From Eubacteriales bacterium (GTDB lineage: Bacteria > Bacillota > Clostridia > Oscillospirales > CAG-272), in the NCBI GenBank assembly GCA_045593885.1, contig JAZNXN010000033.1, forward strand, positions 1,682 to 65,681: 64,000 nucleotides of DNA. Direction: 5' to 3'. Below are positions 38,510 through 48,530 of this stretch, one piece after another. The notes beneath the pieces were generated by a model that had not been told where the DNA came from, did not search any database, and saw nothing but the letters and a program-made list of their open reading frames with translations. How positions within the stretch are numbered: the stretch's first letter is position 1; each line of letters opens with the position of its first letter. The position numbers and the translations under genes are program-made.

Positions 38510-40300
38510 TTATTTTATAGGCTCAAAATCAGCGGCGCCGTGCTTGCAGAGAGGACAGATAAAGTCCTCGGGAAGCGGATCGCCCTCGTATACGTAGCCG
38601 CAAATCTTGCACACGTAGCCCTTCTTGCCCTCGGTTTCGGGCTTGGGCTTGACGTTGTTCTGATAATAGGTGTAGGTCATTGTTTCCCTGTCGGAAAGAA
38701 CGCGGGATTCGGAAATTGAGCAGATAAACATTCCGTGAGTATCAAGGTCTATATACTGCTCAACCTCAAGTGACATAAAGGAATTGATATACCTCGGCAA
38801 AAAGACAAGTCCGTTATCCGAATAGAGAGGCTCGCAGTCCTTAAATTTGTCAACGTTTCTGCCACTCTGGAAGCCAAAGGTTTCAAACACCCTGAAGGGT
38901 GCGTCAACCGTAAGACAATTGATGTTCATTTTGCCCGTCTGTCTGATTACGTGGTGGGAATAATTCTGCTTGTTTATCGTTACCGCTATTCTGTTGGGGG
39001 TGTTGGTAACCTGAGTGACGGTGTTGACTATAAGACCGTTGTCCTTCTTGCCGTCGCTTGAGGTCACAACGTATAGGCCATAGCCTATGTTGAACAGTGC
39101 AGTGAGGTCGTTTTTGTTTGCGGTATCGCTCTTTATTGCAATATAATCGCGGCAAAGCTCGGATACAAGGGTGTTAAGCTGCTCCGTGCTGTCATCACTC
39201 AGTGCGGAGAGAATTTTAACCGTCGTGTCTGTGAAGGTGAGGTTTTTGCACTTGGAGAGCATTTCCCTCATAACCTTCGCCGCAAGAGGAGCCCAGCTGC
39301 CGTTTTCGATAAGAGCAACGGTGCGGTTGCTGTAATTGCGCTCTGTCAGATGATTTATAAACTCACGCATAAACGGGAAAATATCCGCGTTATAGGTAGT
39401 GGTTGCCAGAACCAGCTTGCTGTAACGGAAGGCATCCTCAACCGCCTCAGCCATATCGGTGCGGGCGAGGTCGTGAACGACCACCTTGGGTGCGCCGTTT
39501 GCCTCCAGCTTCTCCTTGAGCTGCATAACTGCCCTCTTGGTATTGCCGTAAACCGAGGTGTATGCGATAACCACACCCTCGTCCTCGGGCTGATAGCTCG
39601 ACCAGGTGTTGTATAGTCCTATATAGTAGCCGAGATTTTCGGTCAGCACAGGACCGTGCAGGGGACAGATTATCTGAATATCAAGCCCCGCCGCCTTCTT
39701 AAGAAGGCTCTGAACCTGCGCGCCGTACTTGCCGACGATACCGATATAATAGCGGCGAGCCTCGCACGCCCAATCCTCCTCGGTGTCAAGCGCACCGAAC
39801 TTGCCAAAGCCGTCGGCGGAAAACAGCACCTTATCTGTGCTATCATAGGTGACTATAACCTCGGGCCAATGCACCATAGGTGCGGTGACGAAGGTCAGAT
39901 TATGCTTGCCGAGCGAGAGGGTATCGCCCTCGCCGACAACTACCTGCCTTTCGGAAAAATCGTTGCCGAAGAAGTTTTTCATCATAGCAAACGCCTTCGC
40001 GGACGAAACTATTTTAGCATCGGGATACGCCTTTATAAAGCTGACGATGTTTGCGGAATGGTCGGGCTCCATATGCTGAACTATAAGATAGTCGGGGCTT
40101 CTTTCACCGAGCGCGTTCTGGATATTGTCAAGCCACTCGTGAGTGAAATTGATATCCACAGAATCCATTATAGCGATTTTCTCGTCGATTATCGCATAGG
40201 AATTGTATGCGATTCCGTTGGGAACTGTATACTGTCCCTCGAACAAATCAACCTTGCGGTCGTTGACTCCAATGTATTTTATGTCATTTGTTATATTCAT
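38510..40300 (-). CDS. fprA: Flavodiiron protein fused to flavin reductase and C-terminal rubredoxin-like domain
   Basis: HMEPDH, HWPE, SADGFG, CPLHG, flavodoxin SVYGNT, GYGLYVVT flavin reductase start, CKICGY...CPLC. Confidence 0.9.
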   Translation of the reverse strand: MNITNDIKYIGVNDRKVDLFEGQYTVPNGIAYNSYAIIDEKIAIMDSVDINFTHEWLDNIQNALGERSPDYLIVQHMEPDHSANIVSFIKAYPDAKIVSSAKAFAMMKNFFGNDFSERQVVVGEGDTLSLGKHNLTFVTAPMVHWPEVIVTYDSTDKVLFSADGFGKFGALDTEEDWACEARRYYIGIVGKYGAQVQSLLKKAAGLDIQIICPLHGPVLTENLGYYIGLYNTWSSYQPEDEGVVIAYTSVYGNTKRAVMQLKEKLEANGAPKVVVHDLARTDMAEAVEDAFRYSKLVLATTTYNADIFPFMREFINHLTERNYSNRTVALIENGSWAPLAAKVMREMLSKCKNLTFTDTTVKILSALSDDSTEQLNTLVSELCRDYIAIKSDTANKNDLTALFNIGYGLYVVTSSDGKKDNGLIVNTVTQVTNTPNRIAVTINKQNYSHHVIRQTGKMNINCLTVDAPFRVFETFGFQSGRNVDKFKDCEPLYSDNGLVFLPRYINSFMSLEVEQYIDLDTHGMFICSISESRVLSDRETMTYTYYQNNVKPKPETEGKKGYVCKICGYVYEGDPLPEDFICPLCKHGAADFEPIK

Positions 40301-40366
40301 ATCCCTTACCTCTTTTTCCTCATAAATATATTATGCCATATTCTCCCTAAATAAAGCAATGCAAAT

Positions 40367-41764
40367 TTATTTCTGCTTATTTTTCTTTTTACGGAAGAAT
40401 ATCTGACGCCTGAAAAGAATGACGTTCATCACCGCGAAGAACAAAATGAATATTACAAGACAGATTATAGGATGCACAGGCGCGAGAGTCGCAAGGAAAA
40501 TCATCGGAAATCCGAATACTATAGCAGGGAAATTCTGATATACGAGGTTGTCCGAGGCGGGCGTTCTGAAATCGCCGTCCACCTCTCGCAGAAGGATAAT
40601 TCCCGTGCTCGCCGTTCCTGTGAGCATTCCGTACATAGCGAGGAACTGCTCCTCTGCGTAGTCCTTAAAAAGCACCTTCGCAACAATGCGGTTGTAAACG
40701 TAGGTGATGATTGCACCGACAACACCGAGAATAAGCATAACGCCCCAGTATCTTTCGAGTATATCAAGGCGGATGGCGGCAATTCCGGCAACAACCATTA
40801 TATCAAAGAAAAAGTTGCTTGCGCGAGTCATCAAAAAGTTGTTGGTGTACTTTTTCTTTATAACCTTTTTCTTTCTCAAGAAATTCATTATTACCTTGAT
40901 AAGAGTTGCCGACAAAACACCTATGAGGAAGTTAAATCCGTATATTACCGAGCGCATACCGGGGAGCAGGCTGCCAAGAGCATACATAATAAGGAACGCT
41001 ACAAAATATGCAACAATAATCAGCGCTATCTGTACCGTCATCTTGTCCATACTCTCCTGCATAGGAATCTCGCCCTCGGATTCCACCTCGTCGGTGTGAA
41101 GACTGCCGTCAACACGGTTAGAAAGCACGAGCCTTCCCGTTCTCTTCATAACGTTGAGGTGAATAACGCCGCCGATAGAAGCGGATAGGAAGCCGAGTAC
41201 CGCGATGGTGAGACCAAAGCTCTTGCCGCCCTCAAAGCCAAAATCCTTTTCGTATATATTTCCGTAGTTGAGCGCCTGTCCCGAACCCTGACCGTAGCCG
41301 AAGGGCAAAAGCACGCCTGCGGCGGTGAAGAAGCCCTCGATTACGAGCGCAACTATGAGAGTGATTGCCAAGCCGAATATTGCCTGAATAAGATATGTAG
41401 ATACGGTAGTAACGCCTGTGTTGAATATTTCGTTTGACCTTTGCTTCGTCAGCTTGCCGCCCGTGGTCTTGAACGCCGAGGCGATAAAGCCGAGCGCGAG
41501 CGCGTGGTAGGTAACGACTTCAAGATTAGTCATACCCTTACCCGAGAAGAACGCCGTGTCAAACATAACGTCGCCGGTGATAGCCTTATAAACACCCGCC
41601 ACTATGAGCAGAATAACTCCTCCGACAACAGAGGTCGGTATCAACGATTCCTGTAAAAACGGTATACTCTTTTTCAGCACGTTTGCTACAAGCAGGCTAC
41701 CGAGCAGGGCTGCAAAAAGCATCATCCAGCCCCATACACTAAAGTCCCAAAAATTTTCCATCAT
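40367..41764 (-). CDS. Sodium/glutamate symporter-like (ESS family) membrane protein
   Basis: IPTSVVGG, GYGQGSGQA, GMLTGTASTGIILLR.VD; RBS AAGGAG before 41764. Confidence 0.75.
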   Translation of the reverse strand: MMENFWDFSVWGWMMLFAALLGSLLVANVLKKSIPFLQESLIPTSVVGGVILLIVAGVYKAITGDVMFDTAFFSGKGMTNLEVVTYHALALGFIASAFKTTGGKLTKQRSNEIFNTGVTTVSTYLIQAIFGLAITLIVALVIEGFFTAAGVLLPFGYGQGSGQALNYGNIYEKDFGFEGGKSFGLTIAVLGFLSASIGGVIHLNVMKRTGRLVLSNRVDGSLHTDEVESEGEIPMQESMDKMTVQIALIIVAYFVAFLIMYALGSLLPGMRSVIYGFNFLIGVLSATLIKVIMNFLRKKKVIKKKYTNNFLMTRASNFFFDIMVVAGIAAIRLDILERYWGVMLILGVVGAIITYVYNRIVAKVLFKDYAEEQFLAMYGMLTGTASTGIILLREVDGDFRTPASDNLVYQNFPAIVFGFPMIFLATLAPVHPIICLVIFILFFAVMNVILFRRQIFFRKKKNKQK

Positions 41765-42953
41765 AATCTCCTTTGATAATATTTCTGTAGCGGTTATAGA
41801 GATGAACATACTTCAGGGCATTGAAGCGCTTGTCACCCTTTATCTGATATATATCACCGTCGATATATATATCAAGCTTGTTTTTACCGAGTACAGTGAC
41901 CGCATAGGTCTTACCAAAGTTGAAAATGTGCTCGCCACTCTCGGATTTTATCTCAATTCTGTCGCCGAACAGAGAAATGTCGGCGTTTTCGTAAAGAATA
42001 TGCTTTTTCTCATACGGAACAACACGAAAAACCGACACCCTCTCGGTATAAAGCGGTGAATCGGTGTATTTTGTAACGTCAAGCGAATTTATAAAATCGT
42101 TCTGATACTCATACCAGTCGTTTACGAAGCGGAAGGGGAAATCAAAGCCCTCGCCCGACAGCTCCTTTGTGGGAAGATAGCGTATCCTTTTTCCGCACCG
42201 AAGGCACTCGATTGTATCACCGCGGCTCTCGAAGGATGAAAGTCCGCAGTCATTGCACACGTACATCGCCCTTTCAAGATACTCGGCACTGTTTTTATGG
42301 TAGAATTTTTCGTCCGCATTTGCCTCATTGACGTAGAGGCCGTCGCGTATGCGGGCAAAAAGCTCGTCGTCGGAGAGGTCGGCGTACTCCTTTGGCGGTA
42401 TTACCTCGGAAACGTAGCCCCTCATTTTTCCCTTACGCACGCAGTCGCTCCAGCGCGGATGAACTCCGTAGCCCCCTTCAATTCGGTATAGCGCTATCGG
42501 CATACCGAGCTTGCGCGCCAACGTGACGATTGACGGACTCATATATTCGGTTTTTCCGCTGTACGTGCGGTTGCCCTCGGGGGCAATTGCTATCGTGCCG
42601 CCCTCCTTGGCTACGCGCATACAGTTGAGAATTGCCTTGACATCCGTCGTTTGCTTTTTTATAGGAATAGGTGCGACGAGATAGCGTATCAGCGATGACA
42701 CCCAGCCGTTTGAAAACAAATCCTCGGATGCAAGATAATAAACAGGTCCCTTGAAGGACACGCCGACGAAGAACTGGTCAAACGCCGTCTGGTGATTTAA
42801 GAGTATAAGATAGGGGCGCTTTTCCTGCTCCCTAAAGCGTTTTATCTTTATTCTGTACTTGATTCTGGAGTACACGCCAAGAGTTATAGCCAGAATGTTT
42901 CTGACTATACGGTGGCGGAATTTTACCCACTTTTTATTTTTCTTTTTTACCAT
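41739..42953 (-). CDS. 1-acyl-sn-glycerol-3-phosphate acyltransferase (PlsC-like) with Cys4 C-terminal extension
   Basis: NHQTAFD, APEGNRT motifs; CNDC...CLRC. Confidence 0.85.
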   Translation of the reverse strand: MVKKKNKKWVKFRHRIVRNILAITLGVYSRIKYRIKIKRFREQEKRPYLILLNHQTAFDQFFVGVSFKGPVYYLASEDLFSNGWVSSLIRYLVAPIPIKKQTTDVKAILNCMRVAKEGGTIAIAPEGNRTYSGKTEYMSPSIVTLARKLGMPIALYRIEGGYGVHPRWSDCVRKGKMRGYVSEVIPPKEYADLSDDELFARIRDGLYVNEANADEKFYHKNSAEYLERAMYVCNDCGLSSFESRGDTIECLRCGKRIRYLPTKELSGEGFDFPFRFVNDWYEYQNDFINSLDVTKYTDSPLYTERVSVFRVVPYEKKHILYENADISLFGDRIEIKSESGEHIFNFGKTYAVTVLGKNKLDIYIDGDIYQIKGDKRFNALKYVHLYNRYRNIIKGDYDGKFLGL

Positions 42954-43158
42954 TGAGCCTCCCGAGTGACAAATGCCTTGCCAACCCAATTAAACATTTT
43001 ATCATTTTTTACACTTTTTGTCAATAAAAACGCCCTCATTTTTCGACAATGCAGGGATATGCCAAAAATTGAGCCTCATACGCTATCGCTCATCTTACCG
43101 AGCAATCCCATATTGATGCGATAACAGACAGGTTAGTATACAAGGCGCGGGGTTTTTG

Positions 43159-43187
43159 TTGACACGGTGAGCTTTGTGTGGTATAAT
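43159..43187 (+). promoter_or_regulatory. Consensus sigma-A promoter
   Basis: TTGACA-17-TATAAT with TG extension. Confidence 0.85.
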
Positions 43188-43250
43188 AAATACGTTAGAT
43201 TATCCGCAGCAGCCGATAGGCGACGGCGGATATATTTTTGGAGGACGGTT

Positions 43251-44618
43251 ATGAAATACGATGTTATAATAATCGGTGCGGGCCCGGGCGGTATTTTCTC
43301 CGCATACGAGCTTTCGCTCATCAACCCGACGCTCAGAGTTGCGGTTTTTGAGGCGGGACACGCCCTTGGAAAAAGGCACTGCCCTATCGACGGAAATAAA
43401 ATAAAGAGCTGCATTAACTGCAAGAGCTGCTCTATTATGAGTGGCTTTGGCGGCGCGGGAGCTTTTTCCGACGGAAAGTACAACATAACCAACGATTTCG
43501 GCGGAACTCTGCACGAGTACATAGGTAAGGAAAAGGCACTCGAGCTCATGCGCTACGTCGACGAAATCAATATGCGCTACGGCGGCGAGGGCACAAAGCT
43601 CTATTCCACCGCAGGCTCGAAGTTCAAGAAGGAGTGTATTCAGCACAACCTGCACCTGCTCGGCGCATCGGTACGCCATCTCGGAACGGATATAAACTAT
43701 GTAGTGCTTGAAAATATGTACGATTACCTCAAAGATAAGGTTGAGTTCTTCTTCGACACGCCGGTTTTGTCGGTAAAGAAGCTTGACGGCGGTTACGAAA
43801 TACTGACCGAGAAGGAAAGCTATACCTGCGAAAAATGTATAATCTCGGTAGGCAGAAGCGGCAGCAAGTGGATGGAGAAGGTATCGGGCGAGCTTGGCAT
43901 CAAAACGAGCTCTAACCGAGTTGATATCGGCGTGCGCGTTGAGCTTCCCGCAGAGGTTTTCTCGCATCTGACCGACGAGCTTTACGAGAGCAAAATCGTG
44001 TACCGCACCGAAAAATATGCAGACAAGGTACGCACCTTCTGTATGAACCCGAAGGGTGCTGTCGTTAACGAAAATACCAACGGTATCATAACCGTTAACG
44101 GTCACAGCTACGAGGACCCCGAGAAGCAGACCGAGAACACGAACTTCGCCCTTCTGGTAGCGAAGCATTTTTCCGAGCCGTTCAAGGATTCAAACGGCTA
44201 CGGCGAGTCGATAGCGCGCCTTAGCAACATGCTTGGCGGCGGTGTTATCGTTCAGCGCTTCGGCGACCTCATTCAGGGACGCCGCTCAACCCCCAGCAGA
44301 ATCGAGGAGGCGTTTATCACCCCCACGCTGAAGGCAACGCCGGGTGATTTGAGCCTCGTCCTTCCGAAGCGAATACTTGACGGAATAATCGAGATGATTT
44401 ACGCCCTTGACAAGATAGCGCCCGGTACGGCAAACGACGACACACTGCTCTACGGCGTTGAGGTCAAGTTCTATAATATGGAGGTTGACGTTGACGAGCA
44501 TCTCGAGAGCTGCCACAAGGGGCTTTACATTATAGGTGACGGCAGCGGAATTACCCATTCCCTCTCGCACGCATCTGCCAGCGGAGTGCACGTCGCCCGC
44601 GAAATCACCGCAAATTAA
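43251..44618 (+). CDS. NAD(P)/FAD-dependent oxidoreductase (uncharacterised FAD-dependent dehydrogenase family)
   Basis: IGAGPGG, GFGGAGAFSDGK, VGRSG, VRTFCMNP.G, IGDGSG; RBS GGAGG before ATG 43251. Confidence 0.88.
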   Translation: MKYDVIIIGAGPGGIFSAYELSLINPTLRVAVFEAGHALGKRHCPIDGNKIKSCINCKSCSIMSGFGGAGAFSDGKYNITNDFGGTLHEYIGKEKALELMRYVDEINMRYGGEGTKLYSTAGSKFKKECIQHNLHLLGASVRHLGTDINYVVLENMYDYLKDKVEFFFDTPVLSVKKLDGGYEILTEKESYTCEKCIISVGRSGSKWMEKVSGELGIKTSSNRVDIGVRVELPAEVFSHLTDELYESKIVYRTEKYADKVRTFCMNPKGAVVNENTNGIITVNGHSYEDPEKQTENTNFALLVAKHFSEPFKDSNGYGESIARLSNMLGGGVIVQRFGDLIQGRRSTPSRIEEAFITPTLKATPGDLSLVLPKRILDGIIEMIYALDKIAPGTANDDTLLYGVEVKFYNMEVDVDEHLESCHKGLYIIGDGSGITHSLSHASASGVHVAREITAN

Positions 44619-44643
44619 AGGGTTACCCTAAAAACAGAATTAA

Positions 44644-44668
44644 AAAAGAGCCCCTCGGGCTCTTTTTT
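44644..44668. terminator. Bidirectional terminator
   Basis: AAAAAGAGCCC-ctc-GGGCTCTTTTT. Confidence 0.85.
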
Positions 44669-44707
44669 AGGTTTTATGCCAAATATTATCCTACAGCATT
44701 GCTATCC

Positions 44708-45010
44708 TTACATAGCCATTACAAGACAAACAATAAGAATGATGTAAAGAATAATCAATCCTATGCTCGTGCAAAGACCTGCTATTGCGCCCTTGCCTGC
44801 CGATTTTGCTTTCAACGGTGACGACTGATTGTAAATAAGATACAAAATCAAGCCTGCGATAGGAATAAAAAATCCGAGAACCGAAAATCCGGCATTAGGA
44901 GCATCATCCGGCGCAACCACTCCGCATTGTCCCGCAACAGGGCATCCGCAGTGTACGCATACAACCGCCTCGTCAAGAATTTCCTTTCCGCATTTTGAAC
45001 AGAATTTCAT
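44708..45010 (-). CDS. Zinc-ribbon membrane protein
   Basis: MKFCSKCG...CVHCG followed by two TM helices; P.KAKSAG motif. Confidence 0.8.
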   Translation of the reverse strand: MKFCSKCGKEILDEAVVCVHCGCPVAGQCGVVAPDDAPNAGFSVLGFFIPIAGLILYLIYNQSSPLKAKSAGKGAIAGLCTSIGLIILYIILIVCLVMAM

Positions 45011-45040
45011 CGTATATCTCCCATTAAAATTCACTTTGTA

Positions 45041-45319
45041 TTAGAGCAAAAATCCGATAACAAAGCCAACTACCCACGAAACGATAGCGGTGATTCCGCA
45101 CGCCTTCGCCCTCTTAGGTGTTTCCTTGTGCTTAACAGGCCAGTATATAAATCCAACAAGAGGGAAAATTGCCGACAAAATGCACAGGCCAACGCTGACC
45201 TCATCATTTACCTTATACACTGAAGTGGGAGCGGCATTAGGTTCGGTTTCACAGCCGCAATTGGGACATATTACAGCCTCATCATTAATTTCTTTTCCGC
45301 ATTTAGTACAAAATTTCAT
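45041..45319 (-). CDS. Zinc-ribbon membrane protein (paralog of the adjacent gene)
   Basis: MKFCTKCG...CPNCG followed by two TM helices; P.RAKACG motif. Confidence 0.8.
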   Translation of the reverse strand: MKFCTKCGKEINDEAVICPNCGCETEPNAAPTSVYKVNDEVSVGLCILSAIFPLVGFIYWPVKHKETPKRAKACGITAIVSWVVGFVIGFLL

Positions 45320-45341
45320 AGCTTAACCTCGCAAAGTTTTT

Positions 45342-45428
45342 TAATTCTTTTTCAGAATTATTTATATTATAATTCCATTTTAGAATTTTGTCAAGTGCTT
45401 TTTAGGGTATAATTCTAAAAAAGAGCCA
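45342..45428. promoter_or_regulatory. Minus-strand consensus promoter with palindromic operator-like sites
   Basis: TTGACA-17-TATAAT on the minus strand (45394-45366); TAATTCT-N5-AGAATTA at 45342-45360, near copy at 45370-45388, partial copy at 45410-45428. Confidence 0.65.
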
Positions 45429-45443
45429 AAAAGGATAAATTCT

Positions 45444-45689
45444 ATGAAAATCAGAAAGCAATCCTATGGAAGCGCAAATATGGTTGGAAAGAACATAGAA
45501 CGCCTACGCAAAGAAAAGGGAATCAAGCAAAAGGACTTTATAGCAAAAATACAGACATTAGGCTGCGATATGAATCCAACCAGCTACTCTAAGCTTGAGG
45601 GACAAATCAGAAGCGCGACAGACAAGGAGATTTTTATTATCGCCAAAATTCTCGGAGTGTCAATGGAGGATTTATTCCTGTCCGAGTAG
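45444..45689 (+). CDS. XRE-family HTH transcriptional regulator
   Basis: GKNIERLRKEKGIKQKD...SYSKLEGQIR...IAKILGVSMEDL. Confidence 0.9.
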   Translation: MKIRKQSYGSANMVGKNIERLRKEKGIKQKDFIAKIQTLGCDMNPTSYSKLEGQIRSATDKEIFIIAKILGVSMEDLFLSE

Positions 45690-45794
45690 AAAAAGAGGCT
45701 GAGTTATTAAGAATTCAGTAAAATTTAGATAAAGCAAGCGAAAAACGCACGGATTGCTGAATTCTTAGTTCCAAGCATCATTCGGGGCTCGCTT

Positions 45795-45881
45795 GGTTTT
45801 GAGCAGAAACCGTGGCTTTCGCTGTTGTCGGCGTACCGAGTACGGCAGAAAGTGAAAACGGCGGTAGTGAACAAAAAACTG
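45795..45881 (+). repeat. Divergent member of the dispersed hairpin repeat family (tentative)
   Basis: GTTTTGAGC...GGCGTAC-cga-GTACG core within a long imperfect stem, same architecture as 36784-36886. Confidence 0.35.
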
Positions 45882-45941
45882 TAAAAATGAAAGTCGCAGA
45901 TTCTTCCTTATTCTCGACAAGGTATAGTCTTTAGTAAAATT

Positions 45942-45974
45942 AAAGGTGAGGAACTTTTTTGTCCCTCACCTTTT
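45942..45974. terminator. Terminator
   Basis: AAAGGTGAGG...CCTCACCTTTTT. Confidence 0.7.
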
Positions 45975-46037
45975 TGTTTGCGGTTATGCCGAAATAAAGC
46001 GCAGCCCAGTTACTTTTTAACGCTTATGTAGAGTTCT

Positions 46038-46826
46038 TTATTTGTATTTTCTTCCGAAAATATTTAACCAGATAAATCTTGTATTGGTGGAAAGATAGCG
46101 TCCGAACAGACGGCACGGCTCCTGTAGCAGACGGTATAGCCACTCAAGGCAAAGTCTTTGCATCCATTTCGGCGCCCGCTTGAGCTTGCCTGCGTGATAA
46201 TCAAAGCCGGCTCCCACACCTGCCATCAGCGCATTAATCTTGCCCTTATGTGCGAGCATCCATTTTTCCTGCTTCGGTGCGCCAAGACCTACCCAGACAA
46301 TATCGGGATTTGCGGAATTTATCATCTCGATAACGCCCTCGTCATCCTCGCGCTCAACCGTATCGGAAAACGGCGGCGAATACATTCCCGCTATCTTGAT
46401 GTTCGGGTATTTTTCAAGCAGCTTTTCCTTCAGCGCGGCAAGTGTTTCCTCGGTTGAACCGTAGAAATAATGAGAAATTCCACGCTCCTCGGAGATTTCG
46501 AACACTCTGCCCATAAAATCAGGGCCTGTTACGCGCTCCGCTCCCTTAAATCCGCGCATTTTCATTACAACCGAAACGGGCTTTCCATCCGCAAAGGTCG
46601 CGGCGGATGAATTCTGAGCCTGCATAAACTCGCCATTTTTGTAGGCGGTGACGGTTGTATGTGCATTTGTAAAGCAGATATACTGACCTAAAAGTGCATC
46701 GAGCGAGTCGCAAACCGCAGACAAGGCACCGTCCATATCGGTAGCGGCAACCTCAACTCCGAGGACCTTGCAGGTAGTAAAAAGCTTTTCAGATGAATCA
46801 GGGGTATTAACCTCTATCTTATCCAT
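46038..46826 (-). CDS. WecB/TagA/CpsF family glycosyltransferase (GT26)
   Basis: ADGKPV, RVTGPD, SPPF, VGLGAPKQE, GVGAGFD, RAPKWMQ..LEWLYRL. Confidence 0.93.
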   Translation of the reverse strand: MDKIEVNTPDSSEKLFTTCKVLGVEVAATDMDGALSAVCDSLDALLGQYICFTNAHTTVTAYKNGEFMQAQNSSAATFADGKPVSVVMKMRGFKGAERVTGPDFMGRVFEISEERGISHYFYGSTEETLAALKEKLLEKYPNIKIAGMYSPPFSDTVEREDDEGVIEMINSANPDIVWVGLGAPKQEKWMLAHKGKINALMAGVGAGFDYHAGKLKRAPKWMQRLCLEWLYRLLQEPCRLFGRYLSTNTRFIWLNIFGRKYK

Positions 46827-48271
46827 TACTCCGAGCCCTTTCTCGTGAATACAACCGCAACCGTTTTGAATAGTATTTTGATATCCATAAGCAAATTCCA
46901 GTTGTCAATATATTCGAGGTCGAGCTTGACGACCTCCTCAAAATCGGTTATTTCGTTTCTGCCGCTGACCTGCCAAAGACCTGTGAGCCCGGGCTTCAGT
47001 GACAGACGGCGCTTGTGATGGCTCATATACTGATTGTATTCGTCAAGCGTCGGGGGACGCGTGCCGATTAGGCTCATATCACCAAGCAGTATGTTTATAA
47101 ACTGCGGAAGCTCGTCAATCGAGGTCTTCCTTATAAACTTGCCGACACGGGTAATACGCGGGTCGTCCTTCATCTTGAACATAAGCCCCTGCATCTCGTT
47201 TTTATCGGCAAGCTGCTTCTTCATTTCGTCAGCGCCGACGCACATAGAGCGCAGCTTATACATCTTGAATATACGTCCGTTTTTGCCAACTCGCTTCTGC
47301 GCGAAGAACAAGGGACCGGGTGATTCAATCAGAAGGGGAATTGCAACGATAAGAATTATGGGAATCGACACTAAAATGCCGAACAGCGCGCAGCCTATAT
47401 CAATCAAACGCTTGATTACAAGACCGAGCCTGTCGTGAACCTTCAGAACGTAGGTAATAGCAGGGTTGCCGTTAATATACGAGAAGCTGCGATGCTCGTT
47501 AGAGCCGCTCGACTTGTTTATAAACGGAACGGTGATGTGAACGGTAACACCCATCAGCTCAAGCTCGGTGAGTATTTCGGAAATGTACCTATCGTCCTTG
47601 AGCTCAATGTCAATGAATACCTCGTCAACCGACTCGCGACGCACCCATTCAATGAAGCTGTCGCGCCCCGCCTTTATATCCACTCCGTCGATTTTTTCAC
47701 CCTCGGATATCTCGCTTCTGTCAAAAAGAGCAATGCCGATAATCTTGCGTGACCAGTCGGACTTGAAGGAATTTATAATCTCGGGGGCGTTTTTCTCGGT
47801 GGTGTATACTGCAGTGAGGGTTGCCAGAACTCTGCTCTTGACCTTGCCCGTCATAACGAGCTTGAAAAGCGAGTGAAGCAAAAACATAAATACAAAATCA
47901 AGAAGTGCCATAACGAGAATGAGCGCACGTCTGTCTATCAGAGGACTGTCGCAGATGAACATTACCGTCGTGAGCACCAAGAGTCCCGCTACGTTAAAAA
48001 GGAATCTCGTCATCAATATTCTTTTGTACGAGCGCGTAGCGAGGTTGCGCGTAGGTGAGAAGAAAAAGAACAAAAGAAGGAAGGTGAAGGCTATTTGCAG
48101 CGCAAGCGCCTTAATCTCCCCAAATGATACCGCAAGAGCAGGATCTATTTTTCCGCCGAAAAGCACCACGAGCACAACCGCCGCAGTAATGGATACTACG
48201 TCGATTAAAAATATCAGCGCCGTCTGTATTTTTTTCAGCGTGTTATTCAGCATATCAGTCATAAAAATCAC
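46826..48271 (-). CDS. Priming polyprenyl glycosylphosphotransferase (CpsE/WcaJ-like)
   Basis: KRLIDI, YKLRSM, DPRITRVG..IRKTSIDELPQ, KPGLTGLWQVSGR; N-terminal TM bundle. Confidence 0.93.
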   Translation of the reverse strand: MIFMTDMLNNTLKKIQTALIFLIDVVSITAAVVLVVLFGGKIDPALAVSFGEIKALALQIAFTFLLLFFFFSPTRNLATRSYKRILMTRFLFNVAGLLVLTTVMFICDSPLIDRRALILVMALLDFVFMFLLHSLFKLVMTGKVKSRVLATLTAVYTTEKNAPEIINSFKSDWSRKIIGIALFDRSEISEGEKIDGVDIKAGRDSFIEWVRRESVDEVFIDIELKDDRYISEILTELELMGVTVHITVPFINKSSGSNEHRSFSYINGNPAITYVLKVHDRLGLVIKRLIDIGCALFGILVSIPIILIVAIPLLIESPGPLFFAQKRVGKNGRIFKMYKLRSMCVGADEMKKQLADKNEMQGLMFKMKDDPRITRVGKFIRKTSIDELPQFINILLGDMSLIGTRPPTLDEYNQYMSHHKRRLSLKPGLTGLWQVSGRNEITDFEEVVKLDLEYIDNWNLLMDIKILFKTVAVVFTRKGSE

Positions 48272-48466
48272 CTTAATTTACTCGCCAGAGGGAAAAACCA
48301 ATGGCGCACAAAGCGAATGCCCTCTCGGGCAGTTTTTTCTTTTTACTCCGTATATTATATAATAAAAAAAGTAATTTGTCAATAGTCCTGTATTTTCGCC
48401 CTGATTTTCGCAATCAGAGGTTGCTTTTTTTCATTATGTCTGTAATCACGCTACATCGACAAAATT

Positions 48467-48495
48467 AAAAAGAGGGCTATAAAATAACCCTCTTT
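48467..48495 (-). terminator. Terminator
   Basis: AAAGAGGGCTAT-aaa-ATAACCCTCTTT. Confidence 0.65.
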
Positions 48496-48530
48496 GTTCA
48501 CGGTTATGTGAATTTCAAGAAAGAGATCGG

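Noticed and set aside
48280-48335. c-di-GMP-I (GEMM) riboswitch upstream of the EPS priming transferase
   Set aside because: The GGAAAAACC...GCACAAAGC similarity is on the wrong strand and lacks the P2 GNRA stem; only a generic hairpin is supported
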